DNA of 64,000 bases from an uncultured Gammaproteobacteria bacterium (GTDB taxonomy: Bacteria > Pseudomonadota > Gammaproteobacteria > Magnimaribacterales > D2472). The stretch lies in NCBI GenBank assembly GCA_964546275.1, contig CAZJJG010000001.1, positions 9,319-73,318 on the forward strand, written 5' to 3'. Both the position numbers and the translations under genes were made by a program. Every line of letters begins with the position of its first letter. Position 1 is the stretch's first letter. This document shows, one piece after another, positions 10,380 through 19,923 of the stretch. A model generated the notes under the pieces. It saw nothing but the letters and a program-made list of their open reading frames with translations. It was not told the DNA's origin and ran no database searches.

Positions 10380-10649
10380 ATGAAAAATATAAATCTAAGT
10401 AAAGCAATTCTAGCTTTAAAAAAAGAGAATGAAGTGAATGACTTTTTTACAGATCTTTGCACGCCAGCTGAAATAAAAGCACTAAATGAGCGATGGAATG
10501 TTGCTCAACTACTCTATAAAAATCAATTATCTTATAGAGATATTGCTGAAAAGCTTAAAACAAGCACTACTACTGTAACTAGAGTAGCTAGATTTTTAAG
10601 TAATGAGCCCTATCAGGGTTATAACCGAATTTTAAAAAGGCTTAACTGA
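10380..10649 (+). CDS. TrpR-like YerC/YecD-family DNA-binding protein
   Basis: 'FFTDLCTPAEIKALNERWNVAQLL...SYRDIAEKLKTSTTTVTRVARFL' matches the YerC/YecD (Trp-repressor fold) pattern. The stop TGA shares one nucleotide with the hisG ATG (tgATG at 10647-10651). Confidence 0.75.
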   Translation: MKNINLSKAILALKKENEVNDFFTDLCTPAEIKALNERWNVAQLLYKNQLSYRDIAEKLKTSTTTVTRVARFLSNEPYQGYNRILKRLN

Positions 10650-11515
10650 TGAAAAATAGATTAACTATAGCTATTCAAGGTAAGGGGCGTTTATCTGAGG
10701 AAAGTATTAGGGTTCTCAATAAATCGGGTATTACATTTTCAACTATGAATAGAAAACTTTTGGCAAAAGCTAAAAATTATCCTATAGATATATTATTTGT
10801 GCGAGACGATGATATTCCATCTCTTGTTAGTAATGGTATTGCAGATATGGGTATCGTCGGAGAAAATGTTCTGGTAGAAAAGACTATTCAACTAAAAAAA
10901 TCTAGTATTAACAAAGTTTTAAATCTTGGTTTTTCTAGATGTAAATTATCATTTGCTACTCCAGCAATAAAGAAAATTTCATCTTTAAAGAATAAGACGA
11001 TTGCTACATCCTACCCAAATATAGTTAGAAATTATTTAAAAGAAAATAATATAAATGCAAAAGTTGTTAATTTTCATGGTTCTGTAGAGTTGACACCTTA
11101 TATAGGAATTGCAGATTGCATATGTGATCTTGTTTCATCTGGAGCAACTTTAGAAGCTAATAATCTTATAGAATTTAAAACATTGTTAGAGTCTCAGGCT
11201 GTCTTGATCATTAATAACAAACTTAATAAGTCTAAATCGCTATCCTCTAAAAAGCTTATTAAAAGAATTGAAGGCGTTGTAAATGCTAAAGAAAGTAAGT
11301 ATGTAATGCTTAATGCAAATATTTCTAATGTTAAGTCTATTTGTAAACTTCTCCCAGGCTCTGAATCGCCGACCCTAATCCCATTAGAAGACCCTAATAA
11401 AGTTGCGATACATGCTCTCTGCCAAGAGCCTGTTTTTTGGGAAACTATGGAGAAACTTAAAGCAAAAGGTGCATCATCAATATTAGTGATGCCTGTAGAA
11501 AAAATTCTTAACTAA
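10649..11515 (+). CDS. hisG: ATP phosphoribosyltransferase, long form
   Basis: 'LTIAIQGKGRL...DILFVRDDDIP...GIVGENVL...DLVSSGATLEAN' plus a C-terminal regulatory domain (288 aa). Confidence 0.9.
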   Translation: MKNRLTIAIQGKGRLSEESIRVLNKSGITFSTMNRKLLAKAKNYPIDILFVRDDDIPSLVSNGIADMGIVGENVLVEKTIQLKKSSINKVLNLGFSRCKLSFATPAIKKISSLKNKTIATSYPNIVRNYLKENNINAKVVNFHGSVELTPYIGIADCICDLVSSGATLEANNLIEFKTLLESQAVLIINNKLNKSKSLSSKKLIKRIEGVVNAKESKYVMLNANISNVKSICKLLPGSESPTLIPLEDPNKVAIHALCQEPVFWETMEKLKAKGASSILVMPVEKILN

Positions 11516-11527
11516 CCAAATAAAAAA

Positions 11528-13366
11528 ATGTTAAATAATAATGAGATATCTCATCAAGAAAATAGTGATTTATTAAAGTTTAGAGACTTAGTAATTACAA
11601 ATGGTGATCAAGGTATAAATAGAATTAATAGGAATCTAGGCTTACCTGAACTTAAAAAGTTTAAGGTATCTAAATTAGATATTAAAAAATCAGAATTACA
11701 GATAGATGATGATCTGAAGTCAGCGATCTTAATTGCAAGGGCTAATATAAGTAAAGTACACCAAGAACAAAGAATACGATTAGATTCAAAACAGATAGAA
11801 ACAACAAAAGGTATAACAGTTTGGAATGAATTTAGGCCTATACAAAAAGTTGGATTGTACGTACCCGGCGGCACTACTACGTTATTTTCAGCATTATTGA
11901 TGCAAGCTATACCTGCATTGATAGCTGGATGTAAGGATATAGTTATATGTACACCACCTAATGAGCAAGGAAAAATAGATCCTACCTTGTTATGGATAGC
12001 TAAACTTCTAAAAATTACAAATATATATAAAGTTGGTGGCTCTCAAGCAATTTTTGCTATGACTTATGGGACAAAATCAATTCCTAGAGTTGATAAAATA
12101 TTTGGTCCTGGAAATAAATTTGTAACAAGAGCTAAACAACTAGTATCAGATGTTGTAGCAATAGATATGCCTGCTGGACCTAGCGAGGTATTTGTCGCAT
12201 CAAACAATATAAATAACTCTGAATTAATTGCAGCAGATTTACTTTCTCAACTTGAGCATGGAAATGATTCAAAAGCTGTGCTCTGTTCGTCAAGCAATGA
12301 ATTAATGGATCTTGTTAAAAAAAATATAGCTTATCAAGTTAATTCACTAAGTAGAGTAAGCATACTCGAAAAAAGTATAAAAAATATTACATATATATAT
12401 GTAAAGGATACAGAGAAAATGATTAATGCAATAAATGAATCAGCTCCTGAGCATTTAATATTAATGGATGATAACTATGTAAATATGATTCCGTATATAA
12501 ATAATGCAGGATCCATATTTTGTGGAGCTTTGTGTCCTGAATCTTTTGGAGATTATGCGTCTGGTTCAAATCACACCCTTCCCACTTCTGGATACGCTAA
12601 GACATATTCGGGTTTAGGAGTGAAAGATTTCGGAAAAATTATCTCATTTCAATCTGCTACTGTGGAAGGCTACAATAATTTATCTCCAGTTGTAGAAATA
12701 ATGGCAGCAGCTGAAAATTTAGATGCACATGTTAATGCTGTAACCATTCGTAAAGATTTAGTAAGAAGTTTATCTAAATATGCATATGTACCTCGTACGA
12801 GTTTTATTAGCAGAAAATCAAATGAAACAAATATATTAATCAATCTCAATGTAGATGGGTCAGGAACAAATGTAATAAATACCGGTATTGATTATTTTGA
12901 TCATATGCTTCAGCAACTTTCAAAACATGGACAATTTGATATAAATATTGAGTGTATTGGCGATCTTGAAATAGATGAACATCATTCAATTGAAGATATT
13001 GCTATTGCTTTAGGGAATGCTTTTAGATTAGCTATTGGTGATAGATCTAATATTGAAAGGTATAGTTCTAATGAAATTCTTGTTATGGATGAAACAGAAT
13101 CAGTTGTATCAATTGATATGTGTACAAGAGCATTTTTAAAATTTAAAACCTCTCCATTAAGAGAATATGTAGGAGATATGCCAACTGAGATGTTTGAGCA
13201 CTTCTTTATATCATTTATTAATACATTGGGTTTTACTTGTCATATTAAAACAGAAGGACAAAATTCCCATCATATTATTGAGTGCACATTTAAGGCTTTT
13301 GCTAGAGCTTTTTCAAAAGCTTTAAAGGTTACTACTAAAGACAATTCAACTAAGGGATTCTTATGA
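11528..13366 (+). CDS. hisD-hisB: Fusion protein: histidinol dehydrogenase (aa ~1-410) plus imidazoleglycerol-phosphate dehydratase (aa ~423-612)
   Basis: HisD motifs: 'GLYVPGG', 'SQLEHG', 'APEHLIL', 'GDYASGSNHTLPTSG'. After a linker of about 12 residues, the IGPD part follows: 'RKSNETNILINLNVDGSG', 'IDEHHSIEDIAIALG', 'GQNSHHIIEC'. It is one uninterrupted frame. The IGPD part starts near nt 12794. Confidence 0.85.
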   Translation: MLNNNEISHQENSDLLKFRDLVITNGDQGINRINRNLGLPELKKFKVSKLDIKKSELQIDDDLKSAILIARANISKVHQEQRIRLDSKQIETTKGITVWNEFRPIQKVGLYVPGGTTTLFSALLMQAIPALIAGCKDIVICTPPNEQGKIDPTLLWIAKLLKITNIYKVGGSQAIFAMTYGTKSIPRVDKIFGPGNKFVTRAKQLVSDVVAIDMPAGPSEVFVASNNINNSELIAADLLSQLEHGNDSKAVLCSSSNELMDLVKKNIAYQVNSLSRVSILEKSIKNITYIYVKDTEKMINAINESAPEHLILMDDNYVNMIPYINNAGSIFCGALCPESFGDYASGSNHTLPTSGYAKTYSGLGVKDFGKIISFQSATVEGYNNLSPVVEIMAAAENLDAHVNAVTIRKDLVRSLSKYAYVPRTSFISRKSNETNILINLNVDGSGTNVINTGIDYFDHMLQQLSKHGQFDINIECIGDLEIDEHHSIEDIAIALGNAFRLAIGDRSNIERYSSNEILVMDETESVVSIDMCTRAFLKFKTSPLREYVGDMPTEMFEHFFISFINTLGFTCHIKTEGQNSHHIIECTFKAFARAFSKALKVTTKDNSTKGFL

Positions 13367-13941
13367 GAATAGGTATATTAGATTGTGGAGGAGCAAATCT
13401 TAATTCTATTCACTACTCACTAACAAGACTAGGAGTTAATTCCTTAATTTCGACTGATAAAAATGAATTAGATCTAACAGACGGAATAATTCTTCCTGGT
13501 GTAGGCTCTGCTGGCAATGTTATGAAAAATTTAAAGGATAAAGACCTAATTAGTTACATAAAAAATACAAAGAAACAGGTGCTGGGAATTTGTATTGGTA
13601 TGCAAATACTATATGAACATTCTGAAGAAGATGATGTTCATTGCTTAGGAATTATTAAGGGCAAAATTAAGAAATTTAAACCTACTCAAGCACTACCAGT
13701 TCCCCAAATGGGGTGGAATAATGTTAGTGATCAGAATAAAAAGCTTAGTAATCAATATTATTTTGCTAACAGCTATTATGCTCCTGTATCAGAATATACT
13801 GTTGCTACCTCATCATATATCAACGATTTTACGTCGATTTTACAAAAAGATAATTTTTTAGGGTGTCAGTTTCATCCAGAAAAATCATCTTTTGCAGGTG
13901 TTAAATTTTTAAACTACTTCATGAGCACAATATGCAAATAA
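13363..13941 (+). CDS. hisH: Imidazole glycerol phosphate synthase, glutamine amidotransferase subunit
   Basis: 'ILPGVGS', 'GICIGMQ' (catalytic Cys) and 'QFHPEKS'. ATGA overlap with the upstream gene. Confidence 0.85.
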   Translation: MRIGILDCGGANLNSIHYSLTRLGVNSLISTDKNELDLTDGIILPGVGSAGNVMKNLKDKDLISYIKNTKKQVLGICIGMQILYEHSEEDDVHCLGIIKGKIKKFKPTQALPVPQMGWNNVSDQNKKLSNQYYFANSYYAPVSEYTVATSSYINDFTSILQKDNFLGCQFHPEKSSFAGVKFLNYFMSTICK

Positions 13942-14657
13942 TTCCAGCAATAGATTTGCTAGATTCTAAGTGTGTCCGATTAATTAAAGGTGATTATAGT
14001 CAAGTAACTATCTACAATAATAATCCTTTGGATCAAATCAAATTATTTGAAGATCATGGTATAAAAAAAGTTCATATTGTTGATCTAGATAGTGCTAAAT
14101 CTGGTCACAATAGCCCTAATACACAGTTAATCAAAAATATTGCATCTTCAACTAATATAGAAATTCAAGTTGGCGGTGGTATAAGGTCAATCGATAAAGC
14201 TCAACAATTATATGATATTGGCATTTCTAAAATAATTATTGGGACAGCTGGAATTGAATCTGCAAACTTTTTAACTGATTTGCTAACTATATTTAAGTCT
14301 GAATTTATTGTGGCTGGCCTTGATTTTAATATAAAAAATAAAATTCCTTTTTTAGCTACAAATGGGTGGACAAAATCAACATCAATAAATCTATATGCTT
14401 TTCTAGAAAGCTTGCCTGAACTAAAAAATATATTAGCTACTGATATTAGTGTTGATGGAACCATGGAAGGTCCTAATATTTGTATATATAAGAAAATTTT
14501 AGATAATTTTCCTGATATAAATCTTATAGGCTCAGGTGGAATTAGTTGTCTGAGGGATATAGATGACCTAAAAGAAATAGGCTTAAATGAATGTGTTGTG
14601 GGCAAAGCTTACTATGAAGGTAAGATTAAAATTCATGAAATGATTTATGTTAACTAA
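13932..14657 (+). CDS. hisA: ProFAR isomerase
   Basis: 'IIPAIDL...CVRL.KGDY', 'VGGGIRS', 'GSGGIS' and 'VVGKA' motifs. Confidence 0.85.
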   Translation: MQIIPAIDLLDSKCVRLIKGDYSQVTIYNNNPLDQIKLFEDHGIKKVHIVDLDSAKSGHNSPNTQLIKNIASSTNIEIQVGGGIRSIDKAQQLYDIGISKIIIGTAGIESANFLTDLLTIFKSEFIVAGLDFNIKNKIPFLATNGWTKSTSINLYAFLESLPELKNILATDISVDGTMEGPNICIYKKILDNFPDINLIGSGGISCLRDIDDLKEIGLNECVVGKAYYEGKIKIHEMIYVN

Positions 14658-15429
14658 AAGAATTATTCCTTGCCTTGATGTTAAAGATGGTCAAGTAGTC
14701 AAAGGTATACAATTTAAAAATCATATTAATGTAGGCTCCATAGTTGAGATGGCAAAAAGATATGACTATGAAGGTGCTGATGAATTAGTCTTTTATGATA
14801 TTACTGCAAGCACTACAGGTGATGTTGTCTCAGAGGATTGGGTAAATAAAATTGCTAAAGAGATAAGTATTCCTTTTTGTGTTGCAGGTGGCATCAAGAC
14901 TCTTTCAGATGCAAAGAGAATTCTAAATGCCGGTGCAGATAAAATATCTATTAACTCCCCCGCTCTGGAAAATCCATCACTTATAAGGAAATTAGCGAAT
15001 GAATTTGGAAGTCAGTGTGTTGTTGTTGGTATAGATAGTAAATTAGTTAACGGTGAATATATTGTTTGTGGAAAAACAGGTGATATTAATACTCTCTATA
15101 GATCAAAATATAAAACTACAGATTGGGTAAAAATTGTAGAAGATCAAGGCGCTGGGGAAATTGTATTGAATTGCATGGATCAAGATGGAGCAAGAAATGG
15201 TTATGATATTTTACAATTATCCACAATAAGTAATTTAGTAAATATACCTTTGATAGCTTCAGGTGGAGCAGGATCAATGAAGAATTTTAAAGAGTTATTT
15301 ATCCATACCAATATACATGGAGCATTGGCAGCATCCATTTTTCATAAAAAAGAAATATCTATACCTGATCTAAAAGAATATCTATTTATTAATAAAATTA
15401 ATATAAGGAGAAATAATGAACTCACCTGA
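14647..15429 (+). CDS. hisF: Imidazole glycerol phosphate synthase, cyclase subunit
   Basis: '[17 protein letters not shown]', '[13 protein letters not shown]', 'VAGGIK' and 'ASGGAG'. Confidence 0.9.
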   Translation: MLTKRIIPCLDVKDGQVVKGIQFKNHINVGSIVEMAKRYDYEGADELVFYDITASTTGDVVSEDWVNKIAKEISIPFCVAGGIKTLSDAKRILNAGADKISINSPALENPSLIRKLANEFGSQCVVVGIDSKLVNGEYIVCGKTGDINTLYRSKYKTTDWVKIVEDQGAGEIVLNCMDQDGARNGYDILQLSTISNLVNIPLIASGGAGSMKNFKELFIHTNIHGALAASIFHKKEISIPDLKEYLFINKINIRRNNELT

Positions 15430-16009
15430 TTGGGCAAAAATGAACAATTTAATTCCTGCAATTATTCAAGATATATCAACAAGAGAGGTTTTGATGCTTG
15501 GTTATATGACAGCAGAAGCTTTAGAAGTAACTATTAAAACTAAAAAAGTAACATTTTATAGTAGATCTAAAAATAGATTATGGACAAAAGGTGAGGAATC
15601 TGGAAATACACTTATATACAAAGAACACTACCTTGATTGTGATAATGATTCATTCATTTTCATGGTTGAGCCACTGGGCCCAACTTGCCATAAAGATGAA
15701 ATATCTTGTTTTAAAACAGAATTAGGTAATAGCTTGAATGTTTTGAATCAATTAGAGGCCATTATTGTAGAAAGATTTAATTCAAATAAAACTGATTCTT
15801 ATGTTAAAAGTCTTCAAATAAAAGGAATAAAGGAGATAGCTAAAAAATTAACAGAAGAAGCTGGAGAAACATCAATTGCTGCTGTAACAAATGATGGAAG
15901 AGTTATATCAGAATCAGCAGATTTAATGTTTCACTTATTAGTTTTGCTTAAATCTATGGACCTGTCTATTAATGACATTACTGATGAATTAAAAACAAGA
16001 ATGGATTAA
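15416..16009 (+). CDS. hisI: Bifunctional PR-AMP cyclohydrolase / PR-ATP pyrophosphatase
   Basis: HisI part 'LIPAIIQD...VLMLGYM...YSRS..RLW.KGE.SGN...DCD.D...GP.CH', then HisE part 'KKL.EEA.E...A...D...ESADL.FH.LVLL'. Confidence 0.85.
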   Translation: MNSPDWAKMNNLIPAIIQDISTREVLMLGYMTAEALEVTIKTKKVTFYSRSKNRLWTKGEESGNTLIYKEHYLDCDNDSFIFMVEPLGPTCHKDEISCFKTELGNSLNVLNQLEAIIVERFNSNKTDSYVKSLQIKGIKEIAKKLTEEAGETSIAAVTNDGRVISESADLMFHLLVLLKSMDLSINDITDELKTRMD

Positions 16010-17214
16010 TTAGACAGCTTCTCATATTTAATCCAGTCTATTAATAACCTCTTCTTATCATCACAAAGATTTGGATTACAACAATCGCACATCTCAGACG
16101 GTGATGGCGAACCAACAAAGTTACCACCAACTGCCATATTAATGATCAAATAAAATTTTTCATTAAAAGGATAATTTACATCATCAGCAAAATCAGACTT
16201 ACTAATCTGGTAGATAATATTCTCATTATCTAAAATAAATTTCAATGATGAATCGGTCCATTCAAATCTAATCTCATGAAAAGCTTCGTTAAAGTTATTT
16301 TCTTGAGATTCATAATAAGTAGCACCCTTATAAGTATGACCATTATCATAATAATGGACTGTAGATAGAACTTCTTGCGGGTTTTGGCCTCTGTATTCCA
16401 TTACATCTATTTCTCCACTGTATGGCCATCCACCAAAAACTGCTTCACTTGGCATCATCCATATTGCAGGCCATAAACCCTGGCCTATTGGATTTTTAAA
16501 CCTTACTGTAATTCTTCCACCATCTTCAAAATCTATCTTCTGATAAGAATTAATTCTTGCAGATGTATATGAATATTGACCATAACTATCTTGTGCATCT
16601 TCAACTAAAGCAGTTATTTTAAGGCAACCATCTTCCATATATAAATTATTAGAACTATCTGAATAGTATTGCTGCTCATTATTACCCCAACCACTTATAT
16701 TTTGAGCGTGACCATTACCAATAATACTAGTCCAATTCTCATTATTCAGTTCACTTTCATTAAAATTATCTGACCAAATTAAATCGAACCCATCAGTAGC
16801 CGAAACAGTATTACTAATATTGCAATCCTCTCTTAAAAAAACATTAACTTCTAAATTGCCTGATGCTGAATATTCTCCATCTGAAACACTAACACCTATA
16901 AAGTATTCAGATTTAGTTTCATAATTAGTTGGCTCAGTAAAAGTAATTACACCTTGTTGAGTAATATTAAAAAAACCATTGTCAGTGCCAATTAATGTAT
17001 AGGTTAAAGTATCACCATCATCATCTTGCGCATTAACTGTTATAAGATCTGTTTGGTTTTCGGCAACAGATATTTCTGTTGGAAATCCAATTAAATAAGG
17101 AGCCTTATTCGGCGCTGCTGCAGGGCCACTATTGCTACTACCACCGCCACCACATGAAGTGATAACAATAAAAGAACAAAGTAATGCTAAAAACCTGGAT
17201 TTATTTAAATGCAT
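16006..17214 (-). CDS. Lipoprotein with a cadherin-like repeat and a GH16 beta-glucanase (laminarinase-like) catalytic domain
   Basis: Lipobox 'VITSCGGGGSS'. Cadherin-like 'ISVAENQTDLITVNAQDDDGDTLTYTL'. GH16 catalytic signature 'GEIDVMEY' (ExDxxE), preceded by 'GLWPAIWMMP'. Confidence 0.75.
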   Translation of the reverse strand: MHLNKSRFLALLCSFIVITSCGGGGSSNSGPAAAPNKAPYLIGFPTEISVAENQTDLITVNAQDDDGDTLTYTLIGTDNGFFNITQQGVITFTEPTNYETKSEYFIGVSVSDGEYSASGNLEVNVFLREDCNISNTVSATDGFDLIWSDNFNESELNNENWTSIIGNGHAQNISGWGNNEQQYYSDSSNNLYMEDGCLKITALVEDAQDSYGQYSYTSARINSYQKIDFEDGGRITVRFKNPIGQGLWPAIWMMPSEAVFGGWPYSGEIDVMEYRGQNPQEVLSTVHYYDNGHTYKGATYYESQENNFNEAFHEIRFEWTDSSLKFILDNENIIYQISKSDFADDVNYPFNEKFYLIINMAVGGNFVGSPSPSEMCDCCNPNLCDDKKRLLIDWIKYEKLSN

Positions 17215-17221
17215 AGTCTAT

Positions 17222-18886
17222 TTATTTTTGAACAACATAAGAGTCAGACATGCCCTTCATTTCTTTTCTAAGAACTATTAAAGCTATTACGTTAGGGATA
17301 GTCACCAAAGGCCCTATAATATATGCCAAATTCCAGACGACCTCTGTATCAATTATTGCAGCTACAAAGAAGCAAGCAACATAGACAAGCCTATACCAAA
17401 TAACACTTTTTTCTCCAAAAACATATGCTGCAGATCTATCTCCATAATATGACCATGCAATAGCTGTAGAGAAGGCAAAAAGGAGTAATCCAATAGCAAC
17501 AATATAGCCACCATAAACACCAAGAACCCCTGATTTAAAGGCTACAGCTGTTAATTCAGCTGAATGAACTAAAGACTTACCTGAAATGAGGACATCATTA
17601 TTAGTATTAATACCATTGTCTATAACAAGAGATCCATTAAACCCATCATTCGTTTCCATTAATGGATTTTCAATATTTACTATTACATTTTCTGCAATAG
17701 ATTTCTTATGGATAATCGTCACGCTATTACTTAATATCTGACCATTGGATATTTCTAATGAGCCATTAAAGGCTTTAACTTCTGAAGGAAGATTATTAAT
17801 ATAGTTTCTAAGTTGATTTACATCTTCAACATTATTTTCAGAATAAGAGCCTGAGATAAATACTGTAGAAGTCTTATCAAAATTATTTTGATGTTTCTCT
17901 GACCATGCGCCACTTGAAAGAATAACAAGTGCTGTAATTGTGCATACTACGAGCGTATCTATAAATGGTTCAAGAATCGAAACAATACCTTCTTCTACTG
18001 GATCTTCTGTTTTAGAAGATGCGTGAGCTATCGGTGATGAACCTTGTCCAGCTTCATTTGAAAATGCTCCTCTAGCTACACCTTTTTGCAGAGCTAAAGC
18101 AAAACTAGCACCTAAAAAACCACCAACAGCAGAGGATCCTGTAAAGACTTGGCCAAAAATTTGTTGAAAAGAAGGGATGATATTTTCATAATTATCGATA
18201 ATAACTACCATTGAACCAGCTATGTAGATAAAACCCATTATTGGAACTAGTTTGCTTGCTATTGTTGCTATTCTTTTAATACCCCCAACAATTACTAATA
18301 ATAATAAAACTGAAAGTACTGATCCTGTGATAATTGGTTTTATTGAAAACTCAGAACTCATTACTTCAGCTATATTATTGATTTGCGGCATATTACCAGT
18401 ACCAATTGCTGTAATCATCATCAGAACGGCAAAGAGTATCGCTAGCCATTTCATGTTCATACCATGCTCTATATAGTGAAATGGGCCCCCTGATATAGAG
18501 CCATCAGCTAAAGTTGTTCTATATTTATGAGCTAGAGTTACCTCAGCAAACTTTGTAGTCATACCAACGATTGCTGTTATCCACATCCAAAATATTGCTG
18601 CAGGGCCTCCTATCCATATAGCTAGACCCACTCCTCCGATATTACCGGTTCCAACTGTACCAGAGAGAGCTGTGGTCAGCGCTTGAAAAGGAGTTGTTTC
18701 TCCTTTAGTCGTATCTTTGATGTATTTACCTGTAAGAATTCTCCATCCATGCATGAAAAATTTAAATTGAGGAAAGCCTAAATAAACAGTTAAAAATATG
18801 CCTGTTCCAATAAGTAGCATAGGGAACCAGGGTGCTCCACCAATATAACCATCAAGCGTAATTAAGAAATTATTAAATTCAACCAT
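17222..18886 (-). CDS. Alanine/glycine:cation symporter (AGCS family) with an inserted loop domain of ~115 aa
   Basis: 'TPFQALTTALSGTVGTGNIGGV' and 'FSNEAGQGSSPIAHA' are AGCS hallmarks. At 554 aa it is longer than the roughly 460-480 aa I recall for the family. The extra segment is aa ~329-445. Confidence 0.85.
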   Translation of the reverse strand: MVEFNNFLITLDGYIGGAPWFPMLLIGTGIFLTVYLGFPQFKFFMHGWRILTGKYIKDTTKGETTPFQALTTALSGTVGTGNIGGVGLAIWIGGPAAIFWMWITAIVGMTTKFAEVTLAHKYRTTLADGSISGGPFHYIEHGMNMKWLAILFAVLMMITAIGTGNMPQINNIAEVMSSEFSIKPIITGSVLSVLLLLVIVGGIKRIATIASKLVPIMGFIYIAGSMVVIIDNYENIIPSFQQIFGQVFTGSSAVGGFLGASFALALQKGVARGAFSNEAGQGSSPIAHASSKTEDPVEEGIVSILEPFIDTLVVCTITALVILSSGAWSEKHQNNFDKTSTVFISGSYSENNVEDVNQLRNYINNLPSEVKAFNGSLEISNGQILSNSVTIIHKKSIAENVIVNIENPLMETNDGFNGSLVIDNGINTNNDVLISGKSLVHSAELTAVAFKSGVLGVYGGYIVAIGLLLFAFSTAIAWSYYGDRSAAYVFGEKSVIWYRLVYVACFFVAAIIDTEVVWNLAYIIGPLVTIPNVIALIVLRKEMKGMSDSYVVQK

Positions 18887-18889
18887 ATT

Positions 18890-19117
18890 CTAGTCCTTAT
18901 TTTGATACCAAGCTTCCAATTCAGTATAACCACCAATTGATTTACCATTAACTTTAATTTGAGGAAAAGTTCTTGCTGTTGGAAACAAGTCAAAGAACTC
19001 TTCTCTATTAAAATCCTCATCTAGTTGCTTATAAACATATTCTAGATCTTTGCGTTGGCATAAAGACTTAGCTTTATCGCAATATGTGCACATTTCTTTT
19101 CCGTATATTTCTATCAT
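18890..19117 (-). CDS. Small glutaredoxin/NrdH-like thioredoxin-fold protein
   Basis: 75 aa with a 'CTYC' CxxC motif near the N-terminus and 'TFPQIKVNGKSIGGY' (cis-Pro and GG motif of glutaredoxins). Confidence 0.65.
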   Translation of the reverse strand: MIEIYGKEMCTYCDKAKSLCQRKDLEYVYKQLDEDFNREEFFDLFPTARTFPQIKVNGKSIGGYTELEAWYQNKD

Positions 19118-19155
19118 GTTAGAATCCTTAAAGTTTCACTAATTATAATCAAAAA

Positions 19156-19923
19156 ATGTCATTATTTAACTTAAAAGATAAATCAATTTTAATAACAGGA
19201 TCCTCAAGAGGAATCGGTAAAGCTATAGCTAAACATTGTGCAATGCATGGAGCTAATGTAATTATATCGAGCAGAAAGGAAGATGCCTGTATAGAAACAG
19301 CCAATGAAATTAATAGTCTTGTAGGTGAAGATCTAGCCTATCCTATCGCTGCAAGCATTAGCAATACCGATCAATTAAAATTATTAGTTTCTAAGACTCG
19401 TGAGAAATATGGAAAAATTGATGTTCTAATTTGTAATGCAGCAACTAATCCATTCATGGGATCCATGTTGGATATGCCATCCGAAAAGTTTGATAAGGTT
19501 ATGGAGAATAATATTAAATCAAATCAATTTTTATGTAACTTAGTAATACCAGAGATGGTTGATAGAAATGATGGATCTATAATTATAATTTCTAGTATTG
19601 GTGGTTTAAAGGGAAGTAGTATTTTAGGTGCTTATAACATTAGTAAGGCTGCTGACATCATGATGGTTAAAAATATTGCGGCTGAATTTGGTAAAAATAA
19701 CATACGTGCTAACTCTATAGCACCAGGTTTAATCAAAACAGATTTTGCTAAAGCTCTATGGGAAAATCCAGATATTCTTAAATCAGTCTTAGTAAATACA
19801 CCAATGCAAAGGATTGGGGAGCCTGATGAAATTGCAGGAGTTGCTGTAATGTTATCCTCAAAAGCAGGTGAATATATTAACGGACAAACCATCGTAGTTG
19901 ATGGCGGGACTACTATTGTTTAA
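19156..19923 (+). CDS. Short-chain dehydrogenase/reductase (SDR)
   Basis: 'TGSSRGIGKAIA', 'NAA', 'YNISKAA' (YxxxK) and 'PGLIKT'. Confidence 0.8.
   Translation: MSLFNLKDKSILITGSSRGIGKAIAKHCAMHGANVIISSRKEDACIETANEINSLVGEDLAYPIAASISNTDQLKLLVSKTREKYGKIDVLICNAATNPFMGSMLDMPSEKFDKVMENNIKSNQFLCNLVIPEMVDRNDGSIIIISSIGGLKGSSILGAYNISKAADIMMVKNIAAEFGKNNIRANSIAPGLIKTDFAKALWENPDILKSVLVNTPMQRIGEPDEIAGVAVMLSSKAGEYINGQTIVVDGGTTIV

Noticed and set aside
19118-19155. Possible glycine or other riboswitch upstream of the AGCS transporter unit
   Set aside because: The transporter is separated by only 3 nt from the glutaredoxin-like gene. That gene has only a 38-nt spacer shared with a divergent SDR gene, which is too short for a riboswitch aptamer.
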